Source: Nitrosospira multiformis ATCC 25196 (GTDB lineage: Bacteria > Pseudomonadota > Gammaproteobacteria > Burkholderiales > Nitrosomonadaceae). Taken from it: a stretch of DNA of 32,000 bases. Where the stretch lies: the NCBI RefSeq assembly GCF_000196355.1, contig NC_007614.1, positions 2,250,001 to 2,282,000 on the forward strand, in the 5' to 3' direction. Below the pieces are notes generated by a model. That model searched no databases. It saw nothing but the letters and a program-made list of their open reading frames with translations, and had not been told where the DNA came from. Below are positions 1 to 9,445 of this stretch, piece after piece; within the stretch, counting starts at the first letter, position 1; the number at the start of each line of letters is the position of its first letter. Both the position numbers and the translations under genes were made by a program.

Positions 1-1217
1 ATCTTGCCGCGCGTTACGGGTACTCGGGAGCCTTGCTCTTTTTTGACCTTGATCAGTTCAAATACATCAACGATACCAGCGGGCATCAGGCGGGGGATGC
101 CTTGCTTAAAATGGTCGCGCGTCTGCTGCTTGGCAATATTCGCAGCGTCGACATACTTGGCCGCCTGGGAGGCGATGAATTCGCAGTGATTTTGCCCCAA
201 ACGACAGCCGAAGGGGCGATAGAAGTGGCAAAAAATACGCTTGCGAGCCTGAATCAGGGAAAGATTACGATAAATGGTCGCACTCATAAAGCGTCAGCCA
301 GCGTCGGTATCGCACTTTTTCCGGAGCACGGCAGCAATGTCCATGATCTCCTGGCCGCAGCCGATCTCGCCATGTATCAGGCAAAGGAAGCCGGACGAGG
401 AGGATGGCATTTGTTTTCTGACGAAGAGAAAACACGTGAACGCATGCATACTCTTGTCTATTGGAAGGAGAAGATTGAGTATGCTCTTTCACACGAACGT
501 TTCCTGTTCTATTTCCAGCCCATCATGCATGTTCGACGCAGGACCATCGATCATTACGAGGTGCTGCTTCGCATGATCGACAATGATGGAACTGTTCTTG
601 CACCCCAGTTTTTCATCCCCGCCGCGGAACAGACAGGTCTTATTCATGCCATCGACCATATGGTTTTACGTAAATCCATTGCGCAATCAGCTGAAATACA
701 ACGCGCCGGTCAGTGCATCCGTTTTTCCATAAACTTGTCGGCGCATGCATTTCACGATCCGGAACTGCTGCCGATACTGAAAGATGCATTTGCCGAGTAT
801 GGCGCGGATCCATCGAATTTCATGTTTGAAATAACCGAGACAGCAGCGCTTGAGGATTTGCCCGCGGCGCGGGAACTCATGGAGATGATTAAAAAGCTGG
901 GCTGCAGTTTCACGCTGGATGATTTCGGTGTCGGTTTCTCCTCCTTCTATTACATCCGGCAACTGCCGATCGATGTTGTAAAGATCGATGGCTCCTTCAT
1001 ACGAAATCTGGCAGACAGCCCCGATGACCAAATACTGGTGCAGGCTTTGTGCGATGTGGCAAGGGGATTCGGAAAGAAGACAACGGCGGAGTTCGTGGAA
1101 AATGCAGCGACCTTTTCAATCCTTGAGAAAATGCAGATCGACTATGCCCAGGGATTTTTGATTGGAACGCCTTCTCCCGCTTATGACACATCGTTCAGCG
1201 ATTTCGCGAAGATGTGA
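1..1217 (+). CDS. GGDEF/EAL two-domain c-di-GMP signalling protein, 5' end cut by window edge
   Basis: The frame is open from base 3 (LAARYGYSGALLFFDLDQFKYINDTSGHQAGD). The listed start at 33 is a TTG inside the GGDEF domain. The RLGGDEFAVIL motif is intact and is followed by an EAL domain (FYFQPI, YEVLLR, DDFGVGFSS, KIDGSFI). Confidence 0.9.
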   Translation, partial: LAARYGYSGALLFFDLDQFKYINDTSGHQAGDALLKMVARLLLGNIRSVDILGRLGGDEFAVILPQTTAEGAIEVAKNTLASLNQGKITINGRTHKASASVGIALFPEHGSNVHDLLAAADLAMYQAKEAGRGGWHLFSDEEKTRERMHTLVYWKEKIEYALSHERFLFYFQPIMHVRRRTIDHYEVLLRMIDNDGTVLAPQFFIPAAEQTGLIHAIDHMVLRKSIAQSAEIQRAGQCIRFSINLSAHAFHDPELLPILKDAFAEYGADPSNFMFEITETAALEDLPAARELMEMIKKLGCSFTLDDFGVGFSSFYYIRQLPIDVVKIDGSFIRNLADSPDDQILVQALCDVARGFGKKTTAEFVENAATFSILEKMQIDYAQGFLIGTPSPAYDTSFSDFAKM

Positions 1218-1311
1218 CGGAAGCCGTGCTCTGGCATGCCGGGAATGCATGAAGAAAACAAGCTTTTGGTCTCGCACCCGCCCTCGCCATCTTTTGCAGC
1301 ACACTCATCTT

Positions 1312-2493
1312 TCACGCTTCATCCGGCTCGGGATCATCCGCAAACTCCACTTTTGGCTCGCTATCTGACGGGCCCTCTTCCTGACCTTCCCTAGGGCCAG
1401 TGTGGCCGGGAATTTTTGGAGTTGTGCACGCAACATCCGCGTTTTGTGCCCTATTGCGCAGCGCATGGTCCATCAATACCAGCGCCAGCATTGCTTCCGC
1501 AATGGGCGTAGCCCGGATACCGACACAGGGGTCATGTCTTCCATGAGTTTCCACTATTGCCGGATTGCCCATCTTGTCTACTGAGCGGCGCGGCAGACGT
1601 ATGCTTGAAGTGGGCTTGACGGCGATATTCACCACGATATCCTGACCGGTGGAAATCCCGCCCAATATGCCTCCCGCATTATTGCTGAGAAAACCCCCGG
1701 GACTGATTTCATCGGAGTGCTCCGTTCCCTTCTGACTTACAGAAGCAAATCCAGCTCCGATTTCGACGCCTTTAACGGCGTTGATGCTCATCATGCCATA
1801 GGCGATTTCGGCATCGAGGCGATCATATACAGGTTCGCCCCACCCCACGGGCACACCTTCGGCAACCACACGAATCCTGGCGCCCACCGAGTCGCCCGAT
1901 TTCCGCAGTTTGTCCATGAATTCTTCCAGGCTGGGCACGATGTCCGGGTCAGCCGAAAAAAAGGGATTCTCACCCACTGCTTCCCATTGTTTGAATGGAA
2001 TCTCGACAGGTCCCAGTTGCGCCATATGACCTCTTATTACCACTCCATATCTTGCACGCAGCCATTTTTTTGCTATGGCTGCTGCCGCCACCCGCACGGC
2101 GGTTTCGCGCGCGGATGAACGTCCTCCTCCCCGGTAATCGCGTATGCCGTATTTTTGCCAATAAACATAGTCCGCGTGCCCGGGGCGGAAAGTATCCATG
2201 ATTTTGCTGTAGTCCTTGCTGCGTTGATCTTCGTTGCGAATCAACAACGCGATCGGTGTTCCCGTAGTCTTGCCCTCGAACACGCCCGAAAGAATTTCCA
2301 CCGTATCGGGCTCGCGCCGCTGGGTTACGTGCCGGGAGGTGCCGGGCTTGCGCCGATCAAGATCCTGCTGGATATCCTCAGCGGACAGTTCCATTCCCGG
2401 GGGACAACCATCCACTACGCATCCTAAGGCAGGGCCATGGGATTCCCCGAAAGACGTCACGCAAAACAGTTTGCCAAAGGTATTGCCGGACAT
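1312..2493 (-). CDS. aroC: chorismate synthase
   Basis: The N-terminus [33 protein letters not shown] and [17 protein letters not shown] are hallmark AroC motifs. The protein is full length, with an extra acidic C-terminal tail of about 30 aa. Confidence 0.95.
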   Translation of the reverse strand: MSGNTFGKLFCVTSFGESHGPALGCVVDGCPPGMELSAEDIQQDLDRRKPGTSRHVTQRREPDTVEILSGVFEGKTTGTPIALLIRNEDQRSKDYSKIMDTFRPGHADYVYWQKYGIRDYRGGGRSSARETAVRVAAAAIAKKWLRARYGVVIRGHMAQLGPVEIPFKQWEAVGENPFFSADPDIVPSLEEFMDKLRKSGDSVGARIRVVAEGVPVGWGEPVYDRLDAEIAYGMMSINAVKGVEIGAGFASVSQKGTEHSDEISPGGFLSNNAGGILGGISTGQDIVVNIAVKPTSSIRLPRRSVDKMGNPAIVETHGRHDPCVGIRATPIAEAMLALVLMDHALRNRAQNADVACTTPKIPGHTGPREGQEEGPSDSEPKVEFADDPEPDEA

Positions 2494-2645
2494 TTCACTT
2501 TTCTAGCCAAATCGAGGCTCGAAGTTTAACATATCCCCATAGCCTTACCGTCCTCCGCTACGCCTTTCATTCCTGTTCCACTCGTAGCCGAGGATCGCAC
2601 GCGTATTGTTGATCAGCCATCCAGAAAGAAGAATAAAGGGAAATC

Positions 2646-3647
2646 ATGAAAGCGATACTGATGAATGCTCCGGGTGCACCAGAGGTGTTGACACCTGCCG
2701 ACGTTCCCATGCCCGATCTTGCCGGCGCATTTGATGTGCGGGTAAAGTTGCACGCGGCGGGCGTAAACCCGATCGATACCAAGGTGCGCAAGGCCAATAT
2801 GTATTACCCGGACAGGCTTCCGTCCATTCTCGGATGTGATGGGGCGGGTGTGGTTGAAGCCGTTGGCAGTTCAGTGACCCGGGTACGCGCAGGCGATGAA
2901 GTCTTCTTTTTCAATAACGGTTTGGGCGGAGCGCCCGGAAACTATGCGGAATATGCGGTAGTGCATGAAGATTATCTGGCATTGAAACCTGGGAATCTGT
3001 CAATGGTGGAAGCAGCCGCTGTTCCGTTGGCTCTGATTACCGCCTGGGAAGCACTGATAAAGCGTGGCAATCTCAAGGGGAGCCAGATTGCGCTGATTCA
3101 TGCCGGCGCGGGTGGCGTGGGTCATATTGCCATCCAGCTTGCCCGATACCTGAAGGCCCGGGTTGCAACGACAATTTCGAGCGAGGAAAAGGCTGCCTTC
3201 GTGCAATCCCTGGGAGCCGAGCTTGCAATCGATTATCGCGAAAATGACTTTGTGGACACTGCGCTCGAATGGACGGAGGGACTGGGTGTGAACCTCGCTC
3301 TGGATACTGTCGGTGGAGAGACGTTCTGCAAATCCTTCTCCGCCATCCGGCTGTATGGCAGGGTGGTATCGCTGCTTTCAACGGTCTGTGATGCAAAGCA
3401 GCTCAATACTGCCCGACTGCGCAACCTGAGCATCGGCTATGTGCAAATGACTGCTCCCCTTTATTTCGGTTTACATTCGGCGCGTGTAGTCCAAACCGGC
3501 ATACTTGAACAAGGTGCAAGACTGCTCGAACAAGGTATTCTCAAGATTCACGTCAGCCGCACGCTGCCTCTGACGGAAGCCGCCGAAGCGCATCGTTTGA
3601 TCGAAGCGGGGCATACTCTGGGCAAGATAGTGCTGAAGATTGTGTAG
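2646..3647 (+). CDS. zinc-type/MDR-family NAD(P)H quinone oxidoreductase-like alcohol dehydrogenase
   Basis: It has the MDR fold signature: an N-terminal GroES-like region (VRVKLHAAGVNPIDTKVR), the Rossmann motif HAGAGGVGHIAIQLA and a C-terminal GKIVL. An SD (AAAGGGAAA) precedes the ATG. Confidence 0.85.
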   Translation: MKAILMNAPGAPEVLTPADVPMPDLAGAFDVRVKLHAAGVNPIDTKVRKANMYYPDRLPSILGCDGAGVVEAVGSSVTRVRAGDEVFFFNNGLGGAPGNYAEYAVVHEDYLALKPGNLSMVEAAAVPLALITAWEALIKRGNLKGSQIALIHAGAGGVGHIAIQLARYLKARVATTISSEEKAAFVQSLGAELAIDYRENDFVDTALEWTEGLGVNLALDTVGGETFCKSFSAIRLYGRVVSLLSTVCDAKQLNTARLRNLSIGYVQMTAPLYFGLHSARVVQTGILEQGARLLEQGILKIHVSRTLPLTEAAEAHRLIEAGHTLGKIVLKIV

Positions 3648-3732
3648 CGGTTTCATTCTTCAAGGTATTCCGCCGGCTGCGTGAGGTTGGGCTTTCAAGA
3701 AGAATCGTGGATTTCCAGCGTTCCTCCCGTTT

Positions 3733-4827
3733 TCAGCTTTTTCCCTCGCCGATTGAAGTCCCCACTTTCGATCCCAGATCCATCGCAAGGCTCTGGAGTG
3801 CCTCGCCTTCATACAGGCCATCGAGAAAGCGCCGGGGTATTCCCGACAGACCGACCTGGGCTCCAACGAGCGCACCGGTCAAAGCGGCACGCGCCTGGTT
3901 TTCGCCACCGCCATTCACTGCGTGGAGCACAGCCGATTCGAAATCATTCGGAAAACGGGCAGTGAGATGATAGGCTGCGGGAAGCTGATGATAAATGGCA
4001 CAGGTCATGCCATAAACGATGGAGACTTTCCATGCCGGTTCTATCCGGATATCCGGGTCTAGCGCAGCTGCCGCTATATATGAGGGTGTGAGCAGAGCGT
4101 CCGGAGAGACGGAATATCCACTTTCGCAGGGAAGGTCTTCTTGGGGCGGCTGCAAGTCGGTATGTGCCATCGTATGAAAAGGCAATTTTCCCGCCCTTGC
4201 CAATCGCATGAGCTTGCCGGAAAGACTCCTGTTGAGCTGGTGTCCCTGTACCAGGAGACTCAGTACCGATCCGTACGCGACAGTCAGGGTAACCACAGTA
4301 CCGTCGATCTGGGTAAGCCGGGTATTGCTGGAGACAACGGCCGCCATCTCTTGTGGCTGAAAGGCGTAACGGACCGCCAGGGCCAGCGTGCGACCTATTG
4401 CTTCAGTGGTATCGGCCTGACCTCCCGTTTGGCCCCATGGCTGATTCTCCTGAACACGCTTGCGCCAGGTGTCTCGAATCGACTGCTGGGTATAGCCGCC
4501 AGGGCCGTTCACGGGCATGCCGTTAAGAAATGGGAATATTTCCTCATCCATCCGCTGGCAGAAATCCGCTTCGTCATAGCCGCCGCGCTCGACGAGCGAG
4601 CGCAGCATGAGCCGGAGAATGATACCCGTCTGTGACAGTTGGCCTGCCTTGAGGTCACTGTGGTAGCGGCCGGGCTTGGGATCGGTATAAGTCGTGATCC
4701 AGTCGCCGTAGTCACGCCGGAGCACTGCCAGATCGTAGTACCAGTGAGGACCGAGGCCCAGGGCATCCCCGATAAAAGCGCCCATGACGGCGCCGGCAGC
4801 GCGATTCTGTATGGTAGGGTCGGACAT
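3733..4827 (-). CDS. ADP-ribosylglycohydrolase-fold protein with divergent active-site motifs
   Basis: The N-terminal GAVMGAFIGDALG and C-terminal GGGENQARAALTGALVGAQVGLSGIP match the ARH family scaffold. A strong SD (AAAAGGAGGA) lies upstream of the ATG at 4827. Confidence 0.8.
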   Translation of the reverse strand: MSDPTIQNRAAGAVMGAFIGDALGLGPHWYYDLAVLRRDYGDWITTYTDPKPGRYHSDLKAGQLSQTGIILRLMLRSLVERGGYDEADFCQRMDEEIFPFLNGMPVNGPGGYTQQSIRDTWRKRVQENQPWGQTGGQADTTEAIGRTLALAVRYAFQPQEMAAVVSSNTRLTQIDGTVVTLTVAYGSVLSLLVQGHQLNRSLSGKLMRLARAGKLPFHTMAHTDLQPPQEDLPCESGYSVSPDALLTPSYIAAAALDPDIRIEPAWKVSIVYGMTCAIYHQLPAAYHLTARFPNDFESAVLHAVNGGGENQARAALTGALVGAQVGLSGIPRRFLDGLYEGEALQSLAMDLGSKVGTSIGEGKS

Positions 4828-5026
4828 GTTCTGATCCTCCTTTTCGCAGGAAATACAAAAGTTTCAGCTTCTGGTCGTGAAGCGTAACAGCAGGCGGAAG
4901 AACCATTTTTTTATATTGGTCGCATGTGGGCCTGCAAAACCCGCTCAATCAGAAAGGGGCATGTATCCGAACAATTTCGATAAGCGGGAACAAGATAGGA
5001 TCTATATCCACTATTCCTGTTAAAGG

Positions 5027-6511
5027 TCAAAGGGAGCCTGAAAACATGACCCTGAGCATCTCCACGCCCCACGCCACACCAAACCCGGTCACCGGGCTTG
5101 CCACCGCACCCAGTCCTTCCTTGTGATTGCTCGCGGAAAGGTCCATATGCAGCCAGGGAACGTCATCCACGAAGCGATTGAGAAATCTGGCGGCGAGAAT
5201 ATGATCGGCGTCGCCCTCCAGGGTGCACTGCCTCACATCGGCAATCTTGCTTTCCAGTTCAACATCATAATCCGCATCGAGGGGAAATCCCCAGACCCGT
5301 TCGCCTGTTACCCTCCCTGCTGTCAACGCCTTCTGCATCAACTCTTCGCGATTGCTGAAAATGCCGCTGTAGCGCGATCCCAGCGCCACGTGCATGCTTC
5401 CTGTCAGCGTTGCGAAATCCATCATAATATCGGGCTTCTCTCTCGCTGCCATCGTCAGGGTGTCCGCGAGCACCATTCGTCCTTCGGCATCCGTATGGAC
5501 GATCTCTACAGTAGTCCCATTGAGCGTCCTGATGACATCATTCTGCTTGTAGGCATGCGGGCTGATATGGTTCTGTGCGATGGCAAGCCAGCAATCGATA
5601 TTCACGGGGAGGTTGGCGCGGGTTGCAGCCAACAGTATGCCCAGGGCAACAGCGGAGCCATTCATGTCCTCGTGCATACCATGCATGTAACGTGCCGGCT
5701 TCAGGTTATGCCCTCCGGTATCGAAGCAGATACCCTTGCCCACCAGGGCGGCTGTCTTGTCCACTTTTTTCATTCGCCGCCGCACATGCACTATGGCTGC
5801 GTCTTCGGGATCGCTTCCCTGGGCAACCGCGACAAAAGCGCCGGCGCCCATCTCGCGCAGCGCTTTGACATCGAAATCCTGATAGTCCCAGCCTTCCCTT
5901 GTTGCCAGTTCCTGGATACGCTTGCGGTAGAGCCCCGGCGTCAACTCATTGGGTGGCAACACCGTAAGCTCCCGCGTAAGCAGATTTCCTTCCGCCATGG
6001 CCTTCAACAGGGCAAAATTATCCGCTTCCTCATGCCCGTGCAGCACGATTCGTTCGAGCCCGCGGCAGTTCTCCTCCTTTTTGCCCGTTTTGCGCGATGG
6101 CAGTAACGAACCATTGATCCATGCTGCGTAGAGGGCCAGTTGCGCCGCCATCCGCTTTTCGGCGGAGTCGCCATAAACGGTAACGCTTATTTCGGAAGGG
6201 CTTTCTTCCAGTAACAACTGCAAGGCTTTACGCATCGATACTTGCTGCTCGAACACGGACTTGATCGGATCGACCCTCACCCACGCGCATAATTCGCCAC
6301 TCGGGAGATTGGCTGAAACCGGCGTTCCGCTGATTTCTTCCGCCTTCATTTTGCGCCGCGACAACAGGACGCTCAGCAAATCTTTTCCGAAAAAATCGAG
6401 CTCACCCGATGGTTCGGGCCGGGCGGGCAATACCACCAGGATATGAGTGACTTTGCCTGCGTCGTCAAGGGAGGCGAGGGGAGCATTTTTCTGCGTGAGC
6501 GCTGCAAGCAT
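5027..6511 (-). CDS. M17-family leucyl aminopeptidase-like metallopeptidase
   Basis: M17 catalytic-domain motifs are present: [37 protein letters not shown] and DFATLTGS. An SD (AAAGGTGA) lies upstream. Confidence 0.9.
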   Translation of the reverse strand: MLAALTQKNAPLASLDDAGKVTHILVVLPARPEPSGELDFFGKDLLSVLLSRRKMKAEEISGTPVSANLPSGELCAWVRVDPIKSVFEQQVSMRKALQLLLEESPSEISVTVYGDSAEKRMAAQLALYAAWINGSLLPSRKTGKKEENCRGLERIVLHGHEEADNFALLKAMAEGNLLTRELTVLPPNELTPGLYRKRIQELATREGWDYQDFDVKALREMGAGAFVAVAQGSDPEDAAIVHVRRRMKKVDKTAALVGKGICFDTGGHNLKPARYMHGMHEDMNGSAVALGILLAATRANLPVNIDCWLAIAQNHISPHAYKQNDVIRTLNGTTVEIVHTDAEGRMVLADTLTMAAREKPDIMMDFATLTGSMHVALGSRYSGIFSNREELMQKALTAGRVTGERVWGFPLDADYDVELESKIADVRQCTLEGDADHILAARFLNRFVDDVPWLHMDLSASNHKEGLGAVASPVTGFGVAWGVEMLRVMFSGSL

Positions 6512-6597
6512 GGAATCACCTTTATTCTGTTAGAATGTCCATTATACTCGGGGCGTTTCCTTTTACTAAATTCCGCAGCCCGACAATACCGACTTCG

Positions 6598-7392
6598 ATG
6601 CGCCAGTACCTCGATCTCATGCAGCATGTTCTGGAGCACGGACAAAAAAAATCCGATCGCACCGGCACAGGCACTCTCTCCGTTTTCGGCTACCAGATGC
6701 GCTTCGACCTGTCTGAAGGTTTTCCCCTGCTGACGACAAAGAAACTGCATCTGAAATCCATCATTTACGAACTGCTCTGGTTTTTGAAAGGGGATACCAA
6801 TATAAGGTATCTCAACGAAAATGACGTTTCCATCTGGGATGAATGGGCGGATGAGAATGGCGATCTGGGACCGATATATGGCCGCCAGTGGCGCTCCTGG
6901 CCGAACGGGAAGGGAGGCCATATCGATCAGATCGAACAGGTAGTCGAGCAGATCAGGAACACGCCCGATTCCCGGCGCATGCTGGTATCGTCCTGGAATG
7001 TGGGGGAACTGCAGGAAATGAAGCTGGCGCCGTGCCACGCGCTGTTTCAGTTCTATGTGGCGGAGGACAAGCTTTCCTGCCAGCTTTACCAGCGCAGCGC
7101 TGACATCTTCCTGGGCGTTCCGTTCAATATTGCCTCCTATGCTCTGCTTACGCTCATGCTGGCGCAAAGCTGTGATTTACGCGCGGGTGAATTCGTCCAT
7201 ACTTTTGGCGATGCGCATCTTTATCTCAACCATCTGGAACAGGCACGCGAGCAATTGGAGCGGGGGCCGAAAAAACTGCCTATCATGAAATTGAACCCGG
7301 CAATCCGGAACGTTTTCGACTTCCGGTATGAGGATTTCAACCTGGAAGGGTACGACCCTCATCCGTCAATCAAGGCACCCATTGCAGTATGA
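6598..7392 (+). CDS. thyA: thymidylate synthase
   Basis: [31 protein letters not shown] and [12 protein letters not shown] (catalytic Cys) are present. It is 264 aa from the ATG at 6598, the same length as E. coli ThyA. The listed ORF start at 6535 is an in-frame upstream extension. Confidence 0.95.
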   Translation: MRQYLDLMQHVLEHGQKKSDRTGTGTLSVFGYQMRFDLSEGFPLLTTKKLHLKSIIYELLWFLKGDTNIRYLNENDVSIWDEWADENGDLGPIYGRQWRSWPNGKGGHIDQIEQVVEQIRNTPDSRRMLVSSWNVGELQEMKLAPCHALFQFYVAEDKLSCQLYQRSADIFLGVPFNIASYALLTLMLAQSCDLRAGEFVHTFGDAHLYLNHLEQAREQLERGPKKLPIMKLNPAIRNVFDFRYEDFNLEGYDPHPSIKAPIAV

Positions 7393-7940
7393 CACCTCGA
7401 CTCTCCGTTTTGGTGGCGATGGCGCGAAATCGCGCCATCGGTCATAAGAACGCGATCCCCTGGCACTTGCCGCACGACCTCAAGCATTTCAAGGAGCTTA
7501 CGATGGGGCATCCCATGATCATGGGACGCAAGACGTATGAATCCATCGGCCGGCTTCTTCCCGGCCGCACCAGCATCATTATCACAAGACAACCTGATTA
7601 TGAAGTTCCGGGCGCACTGGTGGTCAGCTCCATAGGAGAAGCGCTCAGCGCCTGCAAGCAGATAAGAAGCGGAGAAGAGGGGCATCCCGATCAAGGGAAC
7701 GAATGTTTCGTCATTGGGGGTGCAGATATATTCCAGCAAATGCTGCCGCTATGTGATCGCCTGTATATGACCGAGATCCACAGGGATTTCGAGGGTGATA
7801 CGTATTTTCCGGAATTTGACAGGAATGATTGGTGGGAGGTCTCGCGCGAAGAGCATGTGGATGACAGTGGGCTGGAGTACCATTTTGTCACACTCGATCG
7901 CATGGCGAGTCAGCAGGAACAAGGCGCTCAGCGACTCTGA
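7389..7940 (+). CDS. folA: dihydrofolate reductase
   Basis: [50 protein letters not shown] is the DHFR signature. The start overlaps the thyA stop as ATGA (7389-7392), which implies translational coupling. Confidence 0.93.
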   Translation: MTPRLSVLVAMARNRAIGHKNAIPWHLPHDLKHFKELTMGHPMIMGRKTYESIGRLLPGRTSIIITRQPDYEVPGALVVSSIGEALSACKQIRSGEEGHPDQGNECFVIGGADIFQQMLPLCDRLYMTEIHRDFEGDTYFPEFDRNDWWEVSREEHVDDSGLEYHFVTLDRMASQQEQGAQRL

Positions 7941-7974
7941 GTTCCGGGCTCTGATTCCCGACAAGCGTTCCTGC

Positions 7975-8017
7975 AAAAAAAGTGGCGGGCCACAGATAAC
8001 TGTGACCCGCCTTTTTT
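7975..8017. terminator. bidirectional intrinsic terminator between convergent folA and the decarboxylase
   Basis: An A7 run (7975-7981) precedes a 12-bp stem, GGCGGGCCACAG (7984-7995) pairing with CTGTGACCCGCC (8000-8011). The stem has one mismatch and an ATAA loop, and is followed by T6 (8012-8017). It is a hairpin followed by a U-run on both strands. Confidence 0.8.
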
Positions 8018-8106
8018 ATTATTATTGTCCGATTGCGCTGCCTGACCGTCCCGGAAACAGCTTGTCGAGAAGCGGGCTGGCAAGCGGGAATCCTGATTTT
8101 ATTGAC

Positions 8107-9282
8107 TTACAGGACGACGACCTCTGGCAAAGGAAAGCCGTTGAAGTTACTGGCGTAGGCTGTCGTATAAGCGCCGGCATTGGGTATATAGATGAAATCG
8201 CCTTCCTCGATATCCTCCGGCAGGAGTTCATCGCGCATCAAAATATCGACCGAATCACAGGTTGGCCCTGCTACAGACCAGGGAATGCTCGGTCCCGTGC
8301 GATCAGAAAGAATTTCATACCGTAAACCCTCCGTGACCTCGATCACGCCCCCAAAGACGCCTGCATCCCAATACATCCAGCGTTTGCCGTTGCGGGTGGC
8401 CGTTCCTACTACGCGGCAGACAAAATAGGCCGCATCCGAGACGAGGTAGCGCCCGGGCTCAGCCATGATGCGAATGTTCTCCGGCAGGTTCGCAATCGCT
8501 TCGTTCACGACCTCACCGATAACTTCTATCGATGGAATGGGCTTGACATGCCGCACCGGATAGCCGCCGCCGATATTGAGCAAACGCGGTGACAATCCTG
8601 CCTGGCGCATGTCGGCGAATACCTTGATTGCCCGCTCGATGCCCACCCGCCAGTTCTGCGGATTACGGCATTGCGATCCGACGTGGAAGGTCACGCCGGC
8701 GAGATCAGCCTGAAGGTTCGCGGCTTCGTCAATAATCTCCTTGATCTCGGCCACATGCGTGCCGAACTTGCCGGCAAGCGGCCAGTCGCTCCCGATGTTG
8801 GGCGTATCGATCCGCAAATACAGTTTCGCATCCGGCTTCACGCTGACGATCTTGCGTAGCTCCTCGACACTATCCAGTACATACCACTCCACGCCTTTGG
8901 CTGCGGCATATTCCAGGTACGCCCGGGATTTCATCGGATTACTGTAATAAATATCCGCGGCAGGCACATTCAGGCTGAGCAGGAGGTCAAGCTCTGAAAT
9001 GGAGGCAATTTCAAACCCAACGCCTTCCTCGATCAGCGTTTTCAATACGCGCGGATCAGGATTGGCCTTGACCGCGTAGTGCGGCTGCACGCGCGGCATG
9101 GCCGCTTTGAATCTTCGGGCCTTGTTGCGGATGATATTACTGTCAACCAGCAGGAATGGCTTGCTGTAGCCCTGTTTGAGGGCTGCCTGAACGTGTTCAA
9201 AATCCAGGCTGACTTCGGGGTGAGTGTCGAATATTTCTTCTACTTCTACGGGTTGCCGTAGAGCGGTATTACGCATTTGCAT
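8107..9282 (-). CDS. alanine-racemase-fold (group IV, eukaryotic-type) PLP-dependent ornithine/lysine decarboxylase
   Basis: Motifs present are HYAVKANPDP (PLP lysine), NIGGGYP, EPGRYLV and GPTCDSVD (catalytic Cys). An SD (AGGAAGGG) sits 7 nt before the ATG at 9282. Substrate preference (Orn, Lys or other) cannot be fixed by eye. Confidence 0.88.
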   Translation of the reverse strand: MQMRNTALRQPVEVEEIFDTHPEVSLDFEHVQAALKQGYSKPFLLVDSNIIRNKARRFKAAMPRVQPHYAVKANPDPRVLKTLIEEGVGFEIASISELDLLLSLNVPAADIYYSNPMKSRAYLEYAAAKGVEWYVLDSVEELRKIVSVKPDAKLYLRIDTPNIGSDWPLAGKFGTHVAEIKEIIDEAANLQADLAGVTFHVGSQCRNPQNWRVGIERAIKVFADMRQAGLSPRLLNIGGGYPVRHVKPIPSIEVIGEVVNEAIANLPENIRIMAEPGRYLVSDAAYFVCRVVGTATRNGKRWMYWDAGVFGGVIEVTEGLRYEILSDRTGPSIPWSVAGPTCDSVDILMRDELLPEDIEEGDFIYIPNAGAYTTAYASNFNGFPLPEVVVL

Positions 9283-9307
9283 GAGATCGCCCTTCCTTTT
9301 GAAGACG

Positions 9308-9373
9308 CTACGTTACGGGGGTATGAATATTTACCAGATCGGCCGTGATGAAGTAGTTTGCTTTGCCTGTCAT
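9308..9373 (-). CDS. candidate 21-aa upstream leader ORF (MTGKANYFITADLVNIHTPVT) preceding the decarboxylase
   Basis: I translated this by hand from the minus strand. GGAGGT (9383-9378) lies 5 nt before the ATG at 9373, and the TAG stop is at 9310-9308, 25 nt upstream of the decarboxylase ATG. It falls below the size cut-off of the ORF track. There is no homology evidence. Confidence 0.35.
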   Translation of the reverse strand: MTGKANYFITADLVNIHTPVT

Positions 9374-9416
9374 GATGACCTCCTGTCCTTCGATTTGATA
9401 ACTTAAAAAAATGCGG

Positions 9417-9445
9417 ATTATAGACTTGATTCCGGCGGAATCAAG
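9417..9445 (-). promoter_or_regulatory. candidate sigma70 promoter embedded in a perfect 9-bp inverted repeat (possible operator)
   Basis: The minus strand reads TTGATT (9444-9439), a 16-nt spacer, then TATAAT (9422-9417). The inverted repeat CTTGATTCC-GGC-GGAATCAAG (9425-9445) covers the -35 element and the spacer. The predicted TSS would give a leader of about 40 nt before the uORF. Confidence 0.4.

Noticed and set aside
6535-6597. Upstream in-frame extensions of listed ORFs: thyA from 6535, ZIP from 24799, tesA-like from 20657, rluD from 22893 and the TPR gene from 13560
   Set aside because: The extensions have no counterpart in the respective families and run into divergent genes or promoters. 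Internal starts give canonical lengths, signal peptides or better SD spacing.
5123-7167. Long antisense ORFs 5123-6106 (+, 327 aa) opposite the M17 peptidase and 6373-7167 (-, 264 aa) opposite thyA
   Set aside because: Both overlap genes with strong family signatures on the other strand. Neither has a domain resemblance or an RBS.
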